A DNA stretch of 64,000 nucleotides, taken from Curvularia clavata. Taxonomy: Eukaryota. The stretch lies in assembly GCA_023920165.1 (NCBI GenBank), contig CP089278.1, positions 2,108,001-2,172,000 on the forward strand, given 5' to 3'. The notes under the pieces were generated by a model. The model was given only the letters and a program-made list of their open reading frames with translations. It was not told where the DNA came from and did not search any database. This document shows positions 25,501 to 37,574 of this stretch, piece after piece. The position numbers were made by a program, and so were the translations under genes. The stretch's first letter is position 1. Each line of letters opens with the position of its first letter.

Positions 25501-27265
25501 TACCGAGGTTGCCCAGAAATGGGTTCCCATTCTCAAAGCCTTGAGTGACATGGAGGGTGTTCATCTCACGCTCTTTTTGAACCCCAAGCAAACGCTTGAG
25601 GAGCTCCCTGTCAAGCGTTTCTACAGATATGTCATTGAAGCCCGACCTCACTTTAATTCGGATGGATCCGTTGGCAGCCTGAAGGCACAGTTTTCTGGCA
25701 TTCCGAAGGAGGCGCTGTTAAACCTTGGTATGGATGTCCCTCCATCATGGCTAGTTGCGCCAGAGGAATCCATCTACGATCTTGACAATATCAAGCTTAG
25801 CACAATCCCAACTGGCTCTAACGTTGACGCTGTCTATGGATTGGAGAGTATCCTCATCGAAGGTCACTCTCGTGATACCACGAATGGAGGGCAACCGCCT
25901 CGTGGAGCAGAGGTTGTCCTAGCTACTGAGAAAGACCCCCACTTTGCCGACACCATTATCATGGCCAATCTCGGATACTTCCAGTTCAAGGCCAATCCCG
26001 GATTCTACAATATTCAGCTGAAGCGTGGCCGTTCTCAAGAGATCTTCAACCTCGACAGCGCCGGCCCAGTGGGCTGGGCTCCTCAGCCTGGCGACGAAAC
26101 TACTGAGATTGCCCTTATGAGCTTCCAAGGGGCCACCATCTTCCCACGACTATCGCGCAAACCTGGCCAAGAAACTGCCGATGTGCTTGCTCCAGAAGAG
26201 TCGCTCGCTTCCGAGTTGGTTGGCAAGAGCGCACAGAAGGTCAATCAGTTTCTCGGCAAGATGGGAATCAATTTTGACTCTGAGAAGGTTCTGCAGAAGG
26301 GTGCCGATCTGTTCTCGGGCAAGAAGGCAGCAAAGCAAGGCACACAAGCTGACATTAACATTTTCTCAGTTGCCTCGGGTCACTTGTATGAGCGTATGCT
26401 AAACATCATGATGCTCTCAGTCATGAAGCACACGAATCATACAGTAAAATTCTGGTTCATTGAGCAGTTCCTCTCGCCCAGCTTCAAGTCCTTCCTGCCC
26501 CATATGGCCGCTGAGTATGGCTTCGAGTACGAGATGGTCACATACAAGTGGCCTCATTGGCTGCGTGGACAATCTGAGAAACAGCGCGAGATATGGGGCT
26601 ACAAAATCCTCTTCCTAGACGTTTTGTTCCCCTTGGATCTCGAAAAGGTGATTTTCGTCGACGCGGATCAGATTGTCAGGGCCGACATGTACGAGTTGGT
26701 GCAGCACGATCTCGAGGGCGCACCGTACGGCTTCACTCCCATGGGCGACTCGCGCACAGAGATGGAAGGCTTCCGTTTCTGGAAGACTGGTTACTGGGCC
26801 AATTTCCTTCGTGGCCGTCCTTACCACATTTCTGCGCTCTATGTGGTCGATCTCGTCCGCTTCCGCCAACTCGCCGCAGGGGATAGGCTCCGCCAGCAAT
26901 ACCACGCTCTCTCAGCGGACCCCAACTCCCTCTCTAATCTCGACCAGGATCTGCCAAACAACATGCAGTTCAATCTTCCTATTCATAGCTTGCCGCAGGA
27001 ATGGCTGTGGTGCGAGACGTGGTGCAGCGACGAGGACCTCGCCAAAGCCAAGACGATTGATCTCTGTAACAACCCGCAGACAAAGGAACCTAAGCTTGAT
27101 CGCGCGAGAAGACAGATTCCTGAATGGAATGTATACGACGAGGAGATTGCGGCGCTGGCGAAGCGCGTCAAGGGCGAACAGAAGCTGGTTGATGTGCAGG
27201 AGCAGGAGCAGCTGAGGGAGAAGAAAGAGAAGGATGCGGAGAGGATAGTGCACAATGAGTTGTAG
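22555..27265 (+). CDS. UGGT: UDP-glucose:glycoprotein glucosyltransferase (Kre5/UGGT, GT24), 5 exons
   Basis: Signal-peptide-like N-terminus, NGYGVGLQLKRTDYIVIDDR, TIIMANLGYFQFKANPG, catalytic INIFSVASGHLYER, IFVDADQIVR, LSNLDQDLPNN, DLCNNP. C-terminal HNEL ER-retention variant. Four canonical introns. Confidence 0.96.
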
Positions 27266-27609
27266 ATGAGTTATTGTATAGAGCAAGGAAAGTTACACAT
27301 AGACACATATGCCTGTGAGCAGTCTCAATGTATACTTTCTTTGGGAACGTGTATGCCTGTTAGTATGCTCAATGGATTTTTTTTTTTTCGGAGATCCCAG
27401 TGTCGTGCCAGGATGCCACCTGAACTTACGCTGAGAGGAGAGGACTTGCTTGATGGAAGGATGAGGGATTTTGATGTATTAATGCGGCATGTGAAAGAGA
27501 GTCGATAGCAGGTGCTATGGATGTCTATAACCTTCTTTGAACCTTCGTTTGTTCTTAGACGACGATATACGTACGATATTGGTCATATATTGACATATGG
27601 CAAACACTA

Positions 27610-27925
27610 CTACTCGCCCCTCCCCTGCTTCTCATAAAACGCCTCCTCACCACCCAGCTTTTTCAGTGCCTCCGCAGACTTCTTCTTAGACTCCTCACTC
27701 GTATCTACACAACCATCGTATCAGCCAGCAAATTCTCTCTTCACATTAAGTCCACAAAGACAATTGTATTCGGTACGCAACAAATGCCAAAAACGTACTC
27801 TGGTTCTTCAAATTCGCCTTGTGTCCAGCCGCCATGTGGCCAACATCCTCTGACATACGATTGATATTCTGATTAGGCTCGGTGAGCCCAGTGACCGTGA
27901 CATCCGCGTGTGACTGCGTTGGCAT
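27610..27925 (-). CDS. con-6: Con-6-family (conidiation-specific) small hydrophilic protein, 73 aa, 2 exons: 27925-27799, 27704-27610
   Basis: Hand-spliced (GTACGT..CTGAT..TAG): MPTQSHADVTVTGLTEPNQNINRMSEDVGHMAAGHKANLKNQNTSEESKKKSAEALKKLGGEEAFYEKQGRGE*. Resembles the Con-6 repeat (GHKA-x-L-x-N-x-N-x-SEE-x-K). Confidence 0.85.
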
Positions 27926-29071
27926 TTCTGCTTGCGGACAGGAAAGTTAAAATAGGTTATAAATATGATTTTTTTTCTTGCAAAGCCCAAGTTTATCTAT
28001 CTAGAAAAGAAGTTAGTAGGAAGAAATGTAAATTTATGTAGACGGCAGCTTTTGTATTCATACCTTAGATTGGCTAACGAACCCATGACGTTGCGGCCAA
28101 GCAAACTAAGTCATGGCAATGCTACCTACTATCGTTTACATTAGCCAAAGACCAAAGACCAAAAAGAACGGCCATACCCACCTACCCCATTGAAAACGGG
28201 TGGTCCAAGTAAGTGTCCTGGTACCAAGGTCAGACTAAGAGAAAGCCATCGGTGACGTTAGCGCTAGAGTACACAATGGTCCGTTTGGCCCGCGCAATCG
28301 TCGATCGATGTATGAGTGGAATAGGTAGTTGGATAGGTAGAAGTAGGAAATGGATAATATCAAAAAGGTGTTTTCTGCAAGGCTTACCTACACGAGAGAG
28401 TTACACAAAAGGCTGGGGATTGCTGGGTGCAATCACGCCAGACGCGAATATAGTATAATGGGACGAGATGTGTGTATTGAGACTATGCTCTACAGCCGCC
28501 AATGTGAGGTAACAAGATCAAGACCTTCATTGCTCTGTATCTGATATATTGGTTGATGCAATCGTCGTGAAATACTCTATAACCTATACGACCTATCCGA
28601 AATGGCTCAGTTGTTGTCTAGCTCTATATGACCTATGTATCATGTAGAAAAAACTCATCCAATAATATTCCTACCAAATCCCGATTCGGTACAGCACACG
28701 TAATAATATTCGGAGTTTCAAATTCAAGAATTATTTTAATTTTTTTTGTTATCCTGAAGATATAGAAACCCCCACCGCTAACGTACTTGTGTTATGGTAT
28801 GGGCGTAGCTTCAACCCTATTGTAACCACGTACATTCATTCAACAGCTAGTATTCTTCTTCTTTATATCCTCTCTTTCTCTCAATCGTGCCACAATTTGA
28901 CACTCTGTGATTGGGGAGAAAGTGGCCTGGCTGTCAGCAGTTTCTCTCTCAACACGAATTACAGCGATTTACACGTGCGAAAAGACCATGCCCATCCTGC
29001 GATATAATCTTTGTGTCCAAAAAGGTCGAGGCAAACCAACTTCAAACTCAAGATGTTGACAGGCAGTCCAT

Positions 29072-29933
29072 TTAGCCCCCCTTTCGAGGGGCGTTGGGTA
29101 CTGCAACCGGAGCGCGGGCTGCTCCTTGCGCTGCCTTCTTGCGTTGGTAGTAGTGCTCGACAATCTTGCGCACATGCTTCTCGGCCTGCGCCTTGTCGGC
29201 GGGAGCTCGGATGCTATCAAGCGTGTATGGAGATTGGATCAGAACGGAGTCACTAACGACGATCTGGGTATCCGCCCATCGCGTTGGTAGCCTTTCGGCG
29301 CTCATGTTAGTTTTGAGGTTCATACATAGCGGGAGACGCCCATTGGGTATGACCTACGTCCTGGATATAGCATCAAATAGCTCCTGAGCTTCTGGGCTGA
29401 CACCCTTGCCCTTTTGTGCGTCCTTCTTCTTCATTTCACGAATTGTCTGGTCCTCACGAGCTTGCAGCGCTGCCAGATCCACTTTGGAAATGCTGGGGAG
29501 CGCGCCATCGAAGCCCGCCGTCGACTCGGGCGCGCGCTCGCCTGATCCAAGAATCTCGAAAGATTCAATGTGTGCGAAAGGGATAATGTGGTAATCACCA
29601 GGCTGGCTGAGAGCAGATGCTGAGGGGTTGGGTGGGGCCGGAGCGGTGTTGATGGCTATGGCGTGGGTGATGTTACAGGCGGTGAAGAGGGTACCCTCGA
29701 GGACATTCTTGCCGGGGGCGCATGTTATCTTGATGCTGTTGCTTGTCAGCCTGCTCTTTACGAGACTGGCGCAGTCTGATTCGAAGCCCAGCGGGGACAG
29801 GGGCTTACCGCGATCCCACGGCCTTGTACAGATTCGAGTCTGCGTCAATGACGTCCTTGTTCGGTCCAGAGCCGGCCTTGAGGTTCGGTGTCGCAACCTT
29901 TCCGGCCACGCTGTTGCGCTTGTTGTCCGCCAT
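29072..29933 (-). CDS. LSM12: Lsm12-like protein (Lsm N-domain plus anticodon-binding AD domain), 3 exons
   Basis: MADNKRNS...AVGSRIKIT...LEGTLFTAC...GDYHIIP...GKGVSPEAQELFDAISRTLPTRWADTQIVVSDSVLIQSPY. Introns GTAAGC..CAG and GTAGGT..AAG. Confidence 0.85.
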
Positions 29934-30573
29934 GGCGAACCAGGGTCCTCTCGTTCGTCTTGCCGGATGCACACGCTAACGACGTAACGCTAGAGACTCA
30001 TACAAGAAGTGAAGATGCAATTCAAGAGAAGGAAAGAAACGAAGGAGCAAGAGCACACGCGCAACCAAGCAGTGGTGAAGCGCGGGCGTGTGGGGGAGCT
30101 AGCGAAGCCCGGGGCCAGGCAAGTGTGTTGTGGTGTTGGGGCTCGACTTTCCACGCTCACGATGCCAAGGCCTGCTTCAACGCGCTTGCGGTTGCACCAA
30201 TCACACAGAGAGCGGCCTGCTGCACAAAGTCTGTCTGGTTCGTGTCTGCGCCGGTCGTCTGATCCAGTATCTGGTCGCACAATCTGACTGCGCGCTGCGG
30301 TAATGTACTCGATTTGATAGTGGGGTGGCATTTCCCAGGGTGTATATTTAGACGATTCTACTTTGGGCTAGCGTTCCAGACAACACGCTCGACTACGCTA
30401 CACGCACACGAGGCTAAAGCAACCTCTTACATTCATCAGCACATGGCACGGTTTGGACATGCGAATCATTATTCATTCTGGATATGTGCTATCTTGCTCC
30501 GCACATTTATTAGTTTTGAAATGTGAACCTAGGCAAGGCTATGCTCTTGCAAAATAACTCGGGCATCGTACGC

Positions 30574-32754
30574 TTAAGCATTGTAGGTCTGCCAGAAAGG
30601 TTAGCTCCCGCACTGTAGTCGGTGCATATCTGGAAAGTACTCACCGAGGCAGAGACGTTTCCACCCCTTCCGGTCCAGTTGACGTGGATGTCCTTGCCCT
30701 CCTGGTATGTGGCGTTGGCGTACTCGGGCTTGATCCTGAAGGTGTGGGCACCAAAGTAGTCACGCTGCGCCTGCAGGAGGTTGGCAGGGAGGTCCTTGGT
30801 GCGGTATCCGTCGTAGAAGCTGAGCGCAGTGCTGAAAGCAGGAGTGGGGATACCCCAGAGGGCGCCCTTGGAGACGACGCTGTGGCAGTGTTAGCATGAA
30901 TGATATCTGCTGTCCCCGTAGTCAAACCACTTACTCTCTCCATCCAGCCTGGGCCTTGTGGATAGCCTTGCTGAAGAAGTCGTCGAAGAGCAGGTTCTCG
31001 AGGTCGGGGTTTTGGCGGTATCTGGGAGCAGTCAGTTTACTGTGCCAAAAGTTGCAACGCCGCTGAAACTTACGCCTTGGTGATCTCCTTGAGGAAAACG
31101 GATCGGATGATGCAGCCACCACGCCACATGAGGGCAATTTCTGGCTTGTTCAGCTTCCACTTGTACTCCTTGGCGGCCTATAGAAAGTTAATGCGGTTCC
31201 TTTTATTGTTCCTGGCCAACTCACGTTTTGGATCAGCATGAAACCCTGGGCGTAAGAGATGATCTTGGAGGCGTAAAGAGCCTGCTCGAGGTTATCGATG
31301 AAAGCCTTGCGGTCACCAGTGAAGCTGGGGGTGGGGCCGTCGAGAAGACCAGCAGCACGGCCACGCTCCTGCTTGAGCGAAGACAGGCAGCGAGCAAAAA
31401 CAGCCTCTCCGATCAGAGTAACGGGCATACCAAGGTCGAGCGCGTTGATAGCGGTCCACTTTCCGGTACCCTTCTGACCAGCGGAGTCCATGATCTTCTC
31501 GACAATGGCGGTGCCATCGTCGTCGTTCTTGTACATGATATCACGGGTGATCTCGATCAGGAAAGAGTCAAGAACGCCCTTGTTCCACTCTGCGAAAACA
31601 TCGCCCATCTCCTTGTTTGTCATGCCGAGACCGCGCTTCATGATGTCGTAGGCCTGCATGCTCGTTAGCTAATGTCTTTGCAATTTCTTATCCTATCCGC
31701 CTTACCTCGCAGATCAGCTGCATGTCACCGTACTCAATACCGTTGTGGACCATCTTGACGTAGTGACCGGCACCCTCGTCACCGACCCATTGGCAGCAGG
31801 CCTCGCCGTCGGACTTTGCGGAGATGGATTGGAGGACATCCTAGGTCGCTGTCAGCTGTGCTCTGCGTGTACGGTCGCGGACTCGTACCTTGATGTAGGG
31901 CCAGGCCTCCTCGTTACCACCGGGCATGATGCTGGGTCCGTAGCGGGCACCCTCCTCTCCTCCGGAGACACCGGTTCCGACGAAGCGGATACCCTTGGAC
32001 TTGAGGTAGTTGGTGCGGCGGTTGGTGTCGGGGTAGTGGGAGTTACCACCATCGATGATGATGTCGCCCTCCTCGGCACCGGCCTGGAGGAGGAGCTCGA
32101 TGAAGTCGTCAACGGGCTTACCGGCCATGACGAGCATCATCATGCGGCGGGGCTTCTTGAGCTTGGCGACGAACTCCTCGATGGAGTGAGCGCCGACAAT
32201 GGACTTGCCCTTGGCCTCTGTTTTTTTGTCCGTCAGCTGTTGTTGACAAGCACTCGTGTTGTAGAGCGAGACGTACCATCGTTCAGGAATCGGTCAACCT
32301 TGGCAACGCTGACTGGCTGTTAGTGTATTTCATACGGGGTGAGACACCGCGATGCTTACGTTCGGTTGAAAGCAACGACCTGATGGTGAAGTTAGTTTTT
32401 CTGGATTCGATGCGGTGTCAAGGAGCGTGTCATACCGTGAAACCGTGGTCGGCACTGGATGATGTTAGCAATGCTTTGACAGAACAGAAGGCGCGATGAT
32501 GACTTACGCGTTGAGGATCAAATTCTGACCCATGACCTACGTCAGATGTTAGCATGTCTGGAATTGACCGCGTTCCGAGACACGGCGATGCACAGCTGCC
32601 GCCGAGAGTGAATGTCTTTAGAGAGCAGGAGCAATCAAAGTACTCGTCGCCCTGGCCAAAGACAGGGCTCGGGGCATTGGCCATGCATGCGCCATGGTTG
32701 GAGCTCACTCACGGCCAGGCCGATGAGGCCGAAGTCTCCGACAGCCTCAGTCAT
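30574..32754 (-). CDS. GND1: 6-phosphogluconate dehydrogenase (decarboxylating), 12 exons
   Basis: Spliced [98 protein letters not shown], ending GNVSASTYNA*. Strong codon bias. Confidence 0.97.
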
Positions 32755-33734
32755 GGTTGTTGTGGTGTTGTAGAGACGGATGAGTTAGGTGGTTGAGTGA
32801 GGGTATGGCGGGGCAGGGTTGCAGCGACCAGGCGTACAACACAAGAGGCAATTGAGGCTTTTTGAGCAGGTGATGGGCAAGAGAAAGGAAGAAGAAGCGT
32901 GGTGGGGGTCTCTGAGATAATGTAGTCGCCGGGAAAGACTTTGGAAACAAGCGGGGCAGGCTACCTATTGCATCAATGGCTGCACGTCCCACCAGATCCC
33001 AGCATTGCAGGAAGTGGATGGGAGGACAGCTTCGGCCGCGGCGGTAAGGTAGGGAAGGCTAAATGGCGTGCACTGTAAGCGGCTCTTGCCCGTTGCGTAT
33101 AGTCGACTCTTGTCCTGATTGCTGAACAAACGCTGCTCATGCTTAGCAAGCAGGCCGCCTGTACTCGGGCCATGCCATGGCGCTCAATCTCTGCCCGTTG
33201 TCGCCGTCCGGCCAGCCCCTCCAACTCAGCCTTAACACAGCATTACGGAACGAGGGGCAGCGAGCAGGGATGTCCGGACACGCTAGAGCAGGAGCATGGG
33301 CGTCGTAATGGGCGTGTTGCAGGGCTTTGCTCGCTGAGCTGCTGCTAGTCCTAGTCGATGCCGGTGAGGCGGCTGCAGACTGGCCGTGTTGTTTTGCGAG
33401 AAGAGAGAGTCCGTCATGGCAGCACAAAGGGCCTCGGGGGAATTGAGGGTGAGGACGAGCAGCAGCAGCACGTGACGTAGCGCCGGGGGTTTCGGGGCCC
33501 GCGCGACAATTCGCTCTCAGTCTGTTTCCAAGCCGGGCAGGCAAGACGACGACGACGACGGGGCAAAGCTGCGCAACAAATAACAACAACAAACGTCACG
33601 CCGCGCCGCCCATCGGCCATCGCCCGCCATCCCACGTAATTGCCAATTTGGCCGGCCCGCTCTTCCCACCGGTCTGTGTCCTGTTCCTTTCAAACGCCGA
33701 TCTCCGACCCTCGCCCAGCCGCAGCCTCAGCCTC

Positions 33735-33765
33735 GCCGCCTTGCCGCCTTGCCGCCTTGCCGCCT
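33735..33765 (+). repeat. Tandem octamer (GCCGCCTT)x about 4 in the GND1/RRM-gene divergent promoter
   Basis: gccgccttgccgccttgccgccttgccgcct read directly. Confidence 0.7.
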
Positions 33766-33890
33766 CGATTGCCACGTGACTGTCTCACGGAGGCTTTTTC
33801 ATCTACTGCCTGTCTCTAGCACGCGCTGCCCGAGGCATTATTCCCACTCGCTACATACACGCCCGACACGACTCGACTCGACCCGACGTC

Positions 33891-34844
33891 ATGCAGCCAC
33901 ACCACTCCCTCCCTGCGCGTCCACCGCCCTCGACCTACTCGGCGCCGCCCTCAAAGCCAAAGACTAACCCAGCCGCCTCCGCTGCCTTCACTCCGCGCGT
34001 TGTCGCAGCTCATGTATCCGCAGCTCCGTCACACTTCTCGCAAGCCACAGTGAGCGCTCCATATCAAGCACCCGCTTACCCGACCAGCAATGCTTACAAC
34101 AACTACTCCTACCCAGCCTATGCAGCGGCTGCACCTGCCACCTCATACTCCGCTACCCCTTACATGAACCGTGGCTATGGCGGCACCTATGATCCCGAGG
34201 AAGAAGCTCAATATGCCGAGTGGAGCAGCGCCTACAATCCAGACGCCGCCGCCGCAAAGAAGGGCCCAACCCCAGGTGTGACCCCCCGCCCAGAAGCTGC
34301 CGCCGCCCACGAGTCGCAGGCCGGCCCTGGTGCCGACGGCAAGCAGAAGACTGTGGTTCGCGAGGGAGGCGGAAAGCAGTGGGAGGACCAGACACTGCTC
34401 GACTGGAACCCTCTGCACCCGCGTCTCTTCATCGGAAATCTTGCTGGCGAAGTTACTGATGACTCTCTCTACAAAGCTTTCTCAAAGTACCCGTCACTCT
34501 CCAAGGCCCGTGTTGTACGAGACAAAAAGTCCACCAAGAGCAAGAGCTACGGCTTCGTCAGCTTTGCCGATACTGATGACTATTTCCGAGCCGCAAAGGA
34601 AATGCAGGGCAAGTACATTGGCAGTCACCCAGTCCTCGTCAAGCGAGCCACGTCTGAGATCAAGCCCATCGTCAAACGCGACGACAAGCACAAGCAGCAG
34701 GCCAAGAACAAGAACAAAACTAAGGACGCCAAGGACAAGGAAGGTTCGACCAGCACTCCCACTGTCATCTCATCTCCCGCCATGTTCATCCCGCGTGGTG
34801 TCCAGAAGAAGGGCAAGACCAGCGGCCCCCGGGTCTTGGGCTGA
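33891..34844 (+). CDS. RRM protein, RBM42-like, intronless
   Basis: TVVREGGGKQWEDQTLLDW followed by RNP2 RLFIGNL and RNP1 KSKSYGFVSF. Pro/Ala/Tyr-rich N-terminus and basic C-terminus. Confidence 0.88.
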   Translation: MQPHHSLPARPPPSTYSAPPSKPKTNPAASAAFTPRVVAAHVSAAPSHFSQATVSAPYQAPAYPTSNAYNNYSYPAYAAAAPATSYSATPYMNRGYGGTYDPEEEAQYAEWSSAYNPDAAAAKKGPTPGVTPRPEAAAAHESQAGPGADGKQKTVVREGGGKQWEDQTLLDWNPLHPRLFIGNLAGEVTDDSLYKAFSKYPSLSKARVVRDKKSTKSKSYGFVSFADTDDYFRAAKEMQGKYIGSHPVLVKRATSEIKPIVKRDDKHKQQAKNKNKTKDAKDKEGSTSTPTVISSPAMFIPRGVQKKGKTSGPRVLG

Positions 34845-36062
34845 AGCATCATGGTGCTTTCGCACAGCTTGTTCAAAACGGACAACACCGCCAAGGGCCA
34901 TCCCGCCCAGCAGTCCCATCATCAGCCTTGCGCCAAACAAAACCAAATGGTTGGCTTATTTCCTCTTGCCCGCCATTTTTCAAGCAATCTCACCTTCACA
35001 TACTCGTCCGTTTTACTTATCTTCTGCATATCAAAGTGGATTCTCAGCTACACACAAGACAACATGGTTATGACAAGCGTCATGTGGCCGCACGCAACAC
35101 ATGTTTGCGAACAAACCCGTATTTGCAGAGTAGGCGAGGTAGTGCGACACAAACATGTGGTTCATAATACAGCCGGCCAATGCGCCAATGCTGAGAAGAA
35201 GTCATAAATGATGCAAACTGAGCTTCTACCCTAATAGCCTAGTGATACCCTCGTCCTTCTCAATATCATCTTACTTTTCATCAACTTTGTCTTCCTCGTT
35301 TCCCAAATCTATCTCTATCGATGCCCAAGTAGTCTCACATGTCAAAACACAGAATCGATTTGAGACTAATCCTTATCTATCCAAGTCGCTTACCAAAAGT
35401 CCCAACATTCTCCTAGCCATCCCGCTCCGATATGCGCAGTGAGCCTCTAGTATTGTTGTTTTCTCACCAGTGCAATAAAACCTGCCGTGCGATAACCGCC
35501 GTCAGCCGAGGTGTGAGCATGGGCCATCCCGTTTTGTTGTCTTGATGCGCTTCACCACACCGTCACTTAATAACAACGAGAATAGTTTCCATTAATTTCT
35601 ATTATCAAGAAAGCAGGTGTTTATTGACAGTATCCTCTGAGACCTACGCAACCGCGCACAAAGCGAAAACTCTGAACCTCGATATCAACTATAATGCTTG
35701 ATACAATGCCGCCTTCACAACACCAAAGTCCGGGGCTGGCTGTTTGCACAATAAACAAGACTTTCACGCGGCGCAGTAGAAGCTTTTCATTCTATTCAAG
35801 AAGCGAAACATTCACAGCACAATCGCAAGTCACTTTTATTGATCCACCAACATTGTTACCGCTCCATCCAATGGATATGAATCTTCACCACTCCTACGGG
35901 TACAGACTCTCAACCAACATCTCCACAACTTTTCCACCGCACCGAAGACCTTCAGTAGACAAAAGTCCTTACTTCCGAAACTTTTCAAGCTCAGCTATAC
36001 ATCCAATTTCTCACAGCACTACACTCAACGCTTCCAGACCGCCCGCCACTTCAACCCCCAAA

Positions 36063-37007
36063 ATGGCTTCCACTGACGCTCAGACTTTCGAACTTACCCT
36101 AACCAAGCATGGTCTGAACGTTGAGGATCTGAGGAAGATTCACGATTTGCTCGTGGAGATCGCCATGGATGGGGGGAACATTATGCTGGGGGCCGAGTAC
36201 TCAGTCCTTGCTGCCGCCCAGACTAAGAACAACACTTCGGATCTGGTCACTGAGTTTGACAAGCAGGTCGAGAACATGGTCGAGTGTCGTCTACGTGAAG
36301 CCTATCCACACTTCGGCTTTCTTGGAGAGGAGACCTTCAAGCACGGCACCAAACTCGCAGACACACCCACCTTCGTCTGTGACCCTATTGATGGTACACT
36401 GAACTTCTACAAGGGCGTGCCTAACTGCGCAGTGTCACTGGCTTTGACGCTCGATAAGAAGCCGGTCGTGGGCGTCGTATACAACCCCTCCCGAGGCGAC
36501 CTCTACCATGCCATCAAGGGACAAGGCGCATACTTGACCAAGCCGGCTACTGGGCTCGAGGTTAAGCTGCCGATTCAACCTGTCTCTCCGCCCATGCCGT
36601 CATTGAACTCTTGCCTCATTGCTGTTGAATGGGGCAATCAGCGCTCGGGCGACAACTGGGCACTGCGCACCTCGGTGCACAACCAACTTCTCACGTCTAA
36701 AGCTGAGGGTGGTGCTATGTGTAAATCGATTCGCTCCAACGGCTCCGCAGCCCTGGACTTCTGTTACGTCGCTCAAGGCATCATCGATGCCTTCTGGGAA
36801 GGTGGCGTGTGGGTCTGGGATGTCTGCGCCGGCTGGATCATCCTCGAGGAAGCTGGTGGTATCGTAGCTAGCGCCAACCCTGGTGACTGGAACCCAACCC
36901 TGGAGGGCCGGCTGTACTTTGCTGTTCGTCGTGCCCAACCCGAGGAGCAGAAGGCTGTTGTGGAGGAACTCTGGGCCATCATGGGCGACCGCAAGTTTGT
37001 GTATTAG
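36063..37007 (+). CDS. Inositol monophosphatase family protein (QutG/qa-x-like). The ORF is open in frame back to 35694.
   Basis: DLVTEFD, FLGEET, CDPIDGTLNF, GVVYNP, GSAALDFCYVAQG, WDVCAG motifs. Confidence 0.92.
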   Translation: MASTDAQTFELTLTKHGLNVEDLRKIHDLLVEIAMDGGNIMLGAEYSVLAAAQTKNNTSDLVTEFDKQVENMVECRLREAYPHFGFLGEETFKHGTKLADTPTFVCDPIDGTLNFYKGVPNCAVSLALTLDKKPVVGVVYNPSRGDLYHAIKGQGAYLTKPATGLEVKLPIQPVSPPMPSLNSCLIAVEWGNQRSGDNWALRTSVHNQLLTSKAEGGAMCKSIRSNGSAALDFCYVAQGIIDAFWEGGVWVWDVCAGWIILEEAGGIVASANPGDWNPTLEGRLYFAVRRAQPEEQKAVVEELWAIMGDRKFVY

Positions 37008-37574
37008 AAATGGAATACTGATATACGGGCGATTTCAAGATTTTTTACTAGGACTGGAAGGGCAGCATGCCGGGCTATCGGGTAGATGGCGTCAAAGGTG
37101 TTTTTGATTGATATGGAATTGAATATATTCGATGTTTTATATGTGATACGCTTGATCTGGAGTACAAAACCCGTTCTTATCATCCTTAAGTATATGTCAA
37201 TCGTGACATCAACTTTGCTGTGTGATCTGAGATTGCTATAGGTGCCAACATTTGCGAACGCTATTGCTTGAGTATTTCGTGGGAATGACAATGACCTGTA
37301 ACGCAAAGCACTGATGTATAACTCGTCCACAACCAGTAACCAGAAAATCAAAACAAGCTCGCCTAAAAGACAAGCTGTGTAACAATGCAGCAATGATGAG
37401 TCACTGTGAAAACCACAGTTACTATTAAGGTAGGTCGCCAATCTCCGGTTTCATCGGTTTTGAGAAGGGTGTAGCTCCTTCTGAAAGACTCACGGCTGAC
37501 GTCCTTCGGAAGTGAGCACAGACCACCCACATCTGTGCAGGACATTGGAATTGCATCCTGTCAGACTCCACACC

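Noticed and set aside
28602..28640. TGGCTCAGTTG resembling a tRNA A-box
   Set aside because: No B-box (GTTCRA) or cloverleaf follows.
30440..30645. Cryptic peroxisomal isoform of GND1 via last-intron retention, alternative acceptors or stop read-through
   Set aside because: I translated these options and none ends in a PTS1. Retention ends FQN and read-through ends SLA. An SKL and an SRM occur but are not followed by a stop.
31228..32323. Long antisense ORFs opposite GND1 (similar ones lie opposite RPL28, UGGT and VAC14)
   Set aside because: Expected by-product of strong codon bias in the sense gene, with no recognisable domains.
34330..35073. 247-aa overlapping ORF in another frame of the RRM gene
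   Set aside because: Non-ATG start, Ser/Arg/Pro shadow composition of a GC-rich CDS, no motif.
35230..35420. Possible spliced mini-ORF or gene relic on the minus strand (acidic peptide)
   Set aside because: Poor acceptor site, early stop and no similarity I can recognise.
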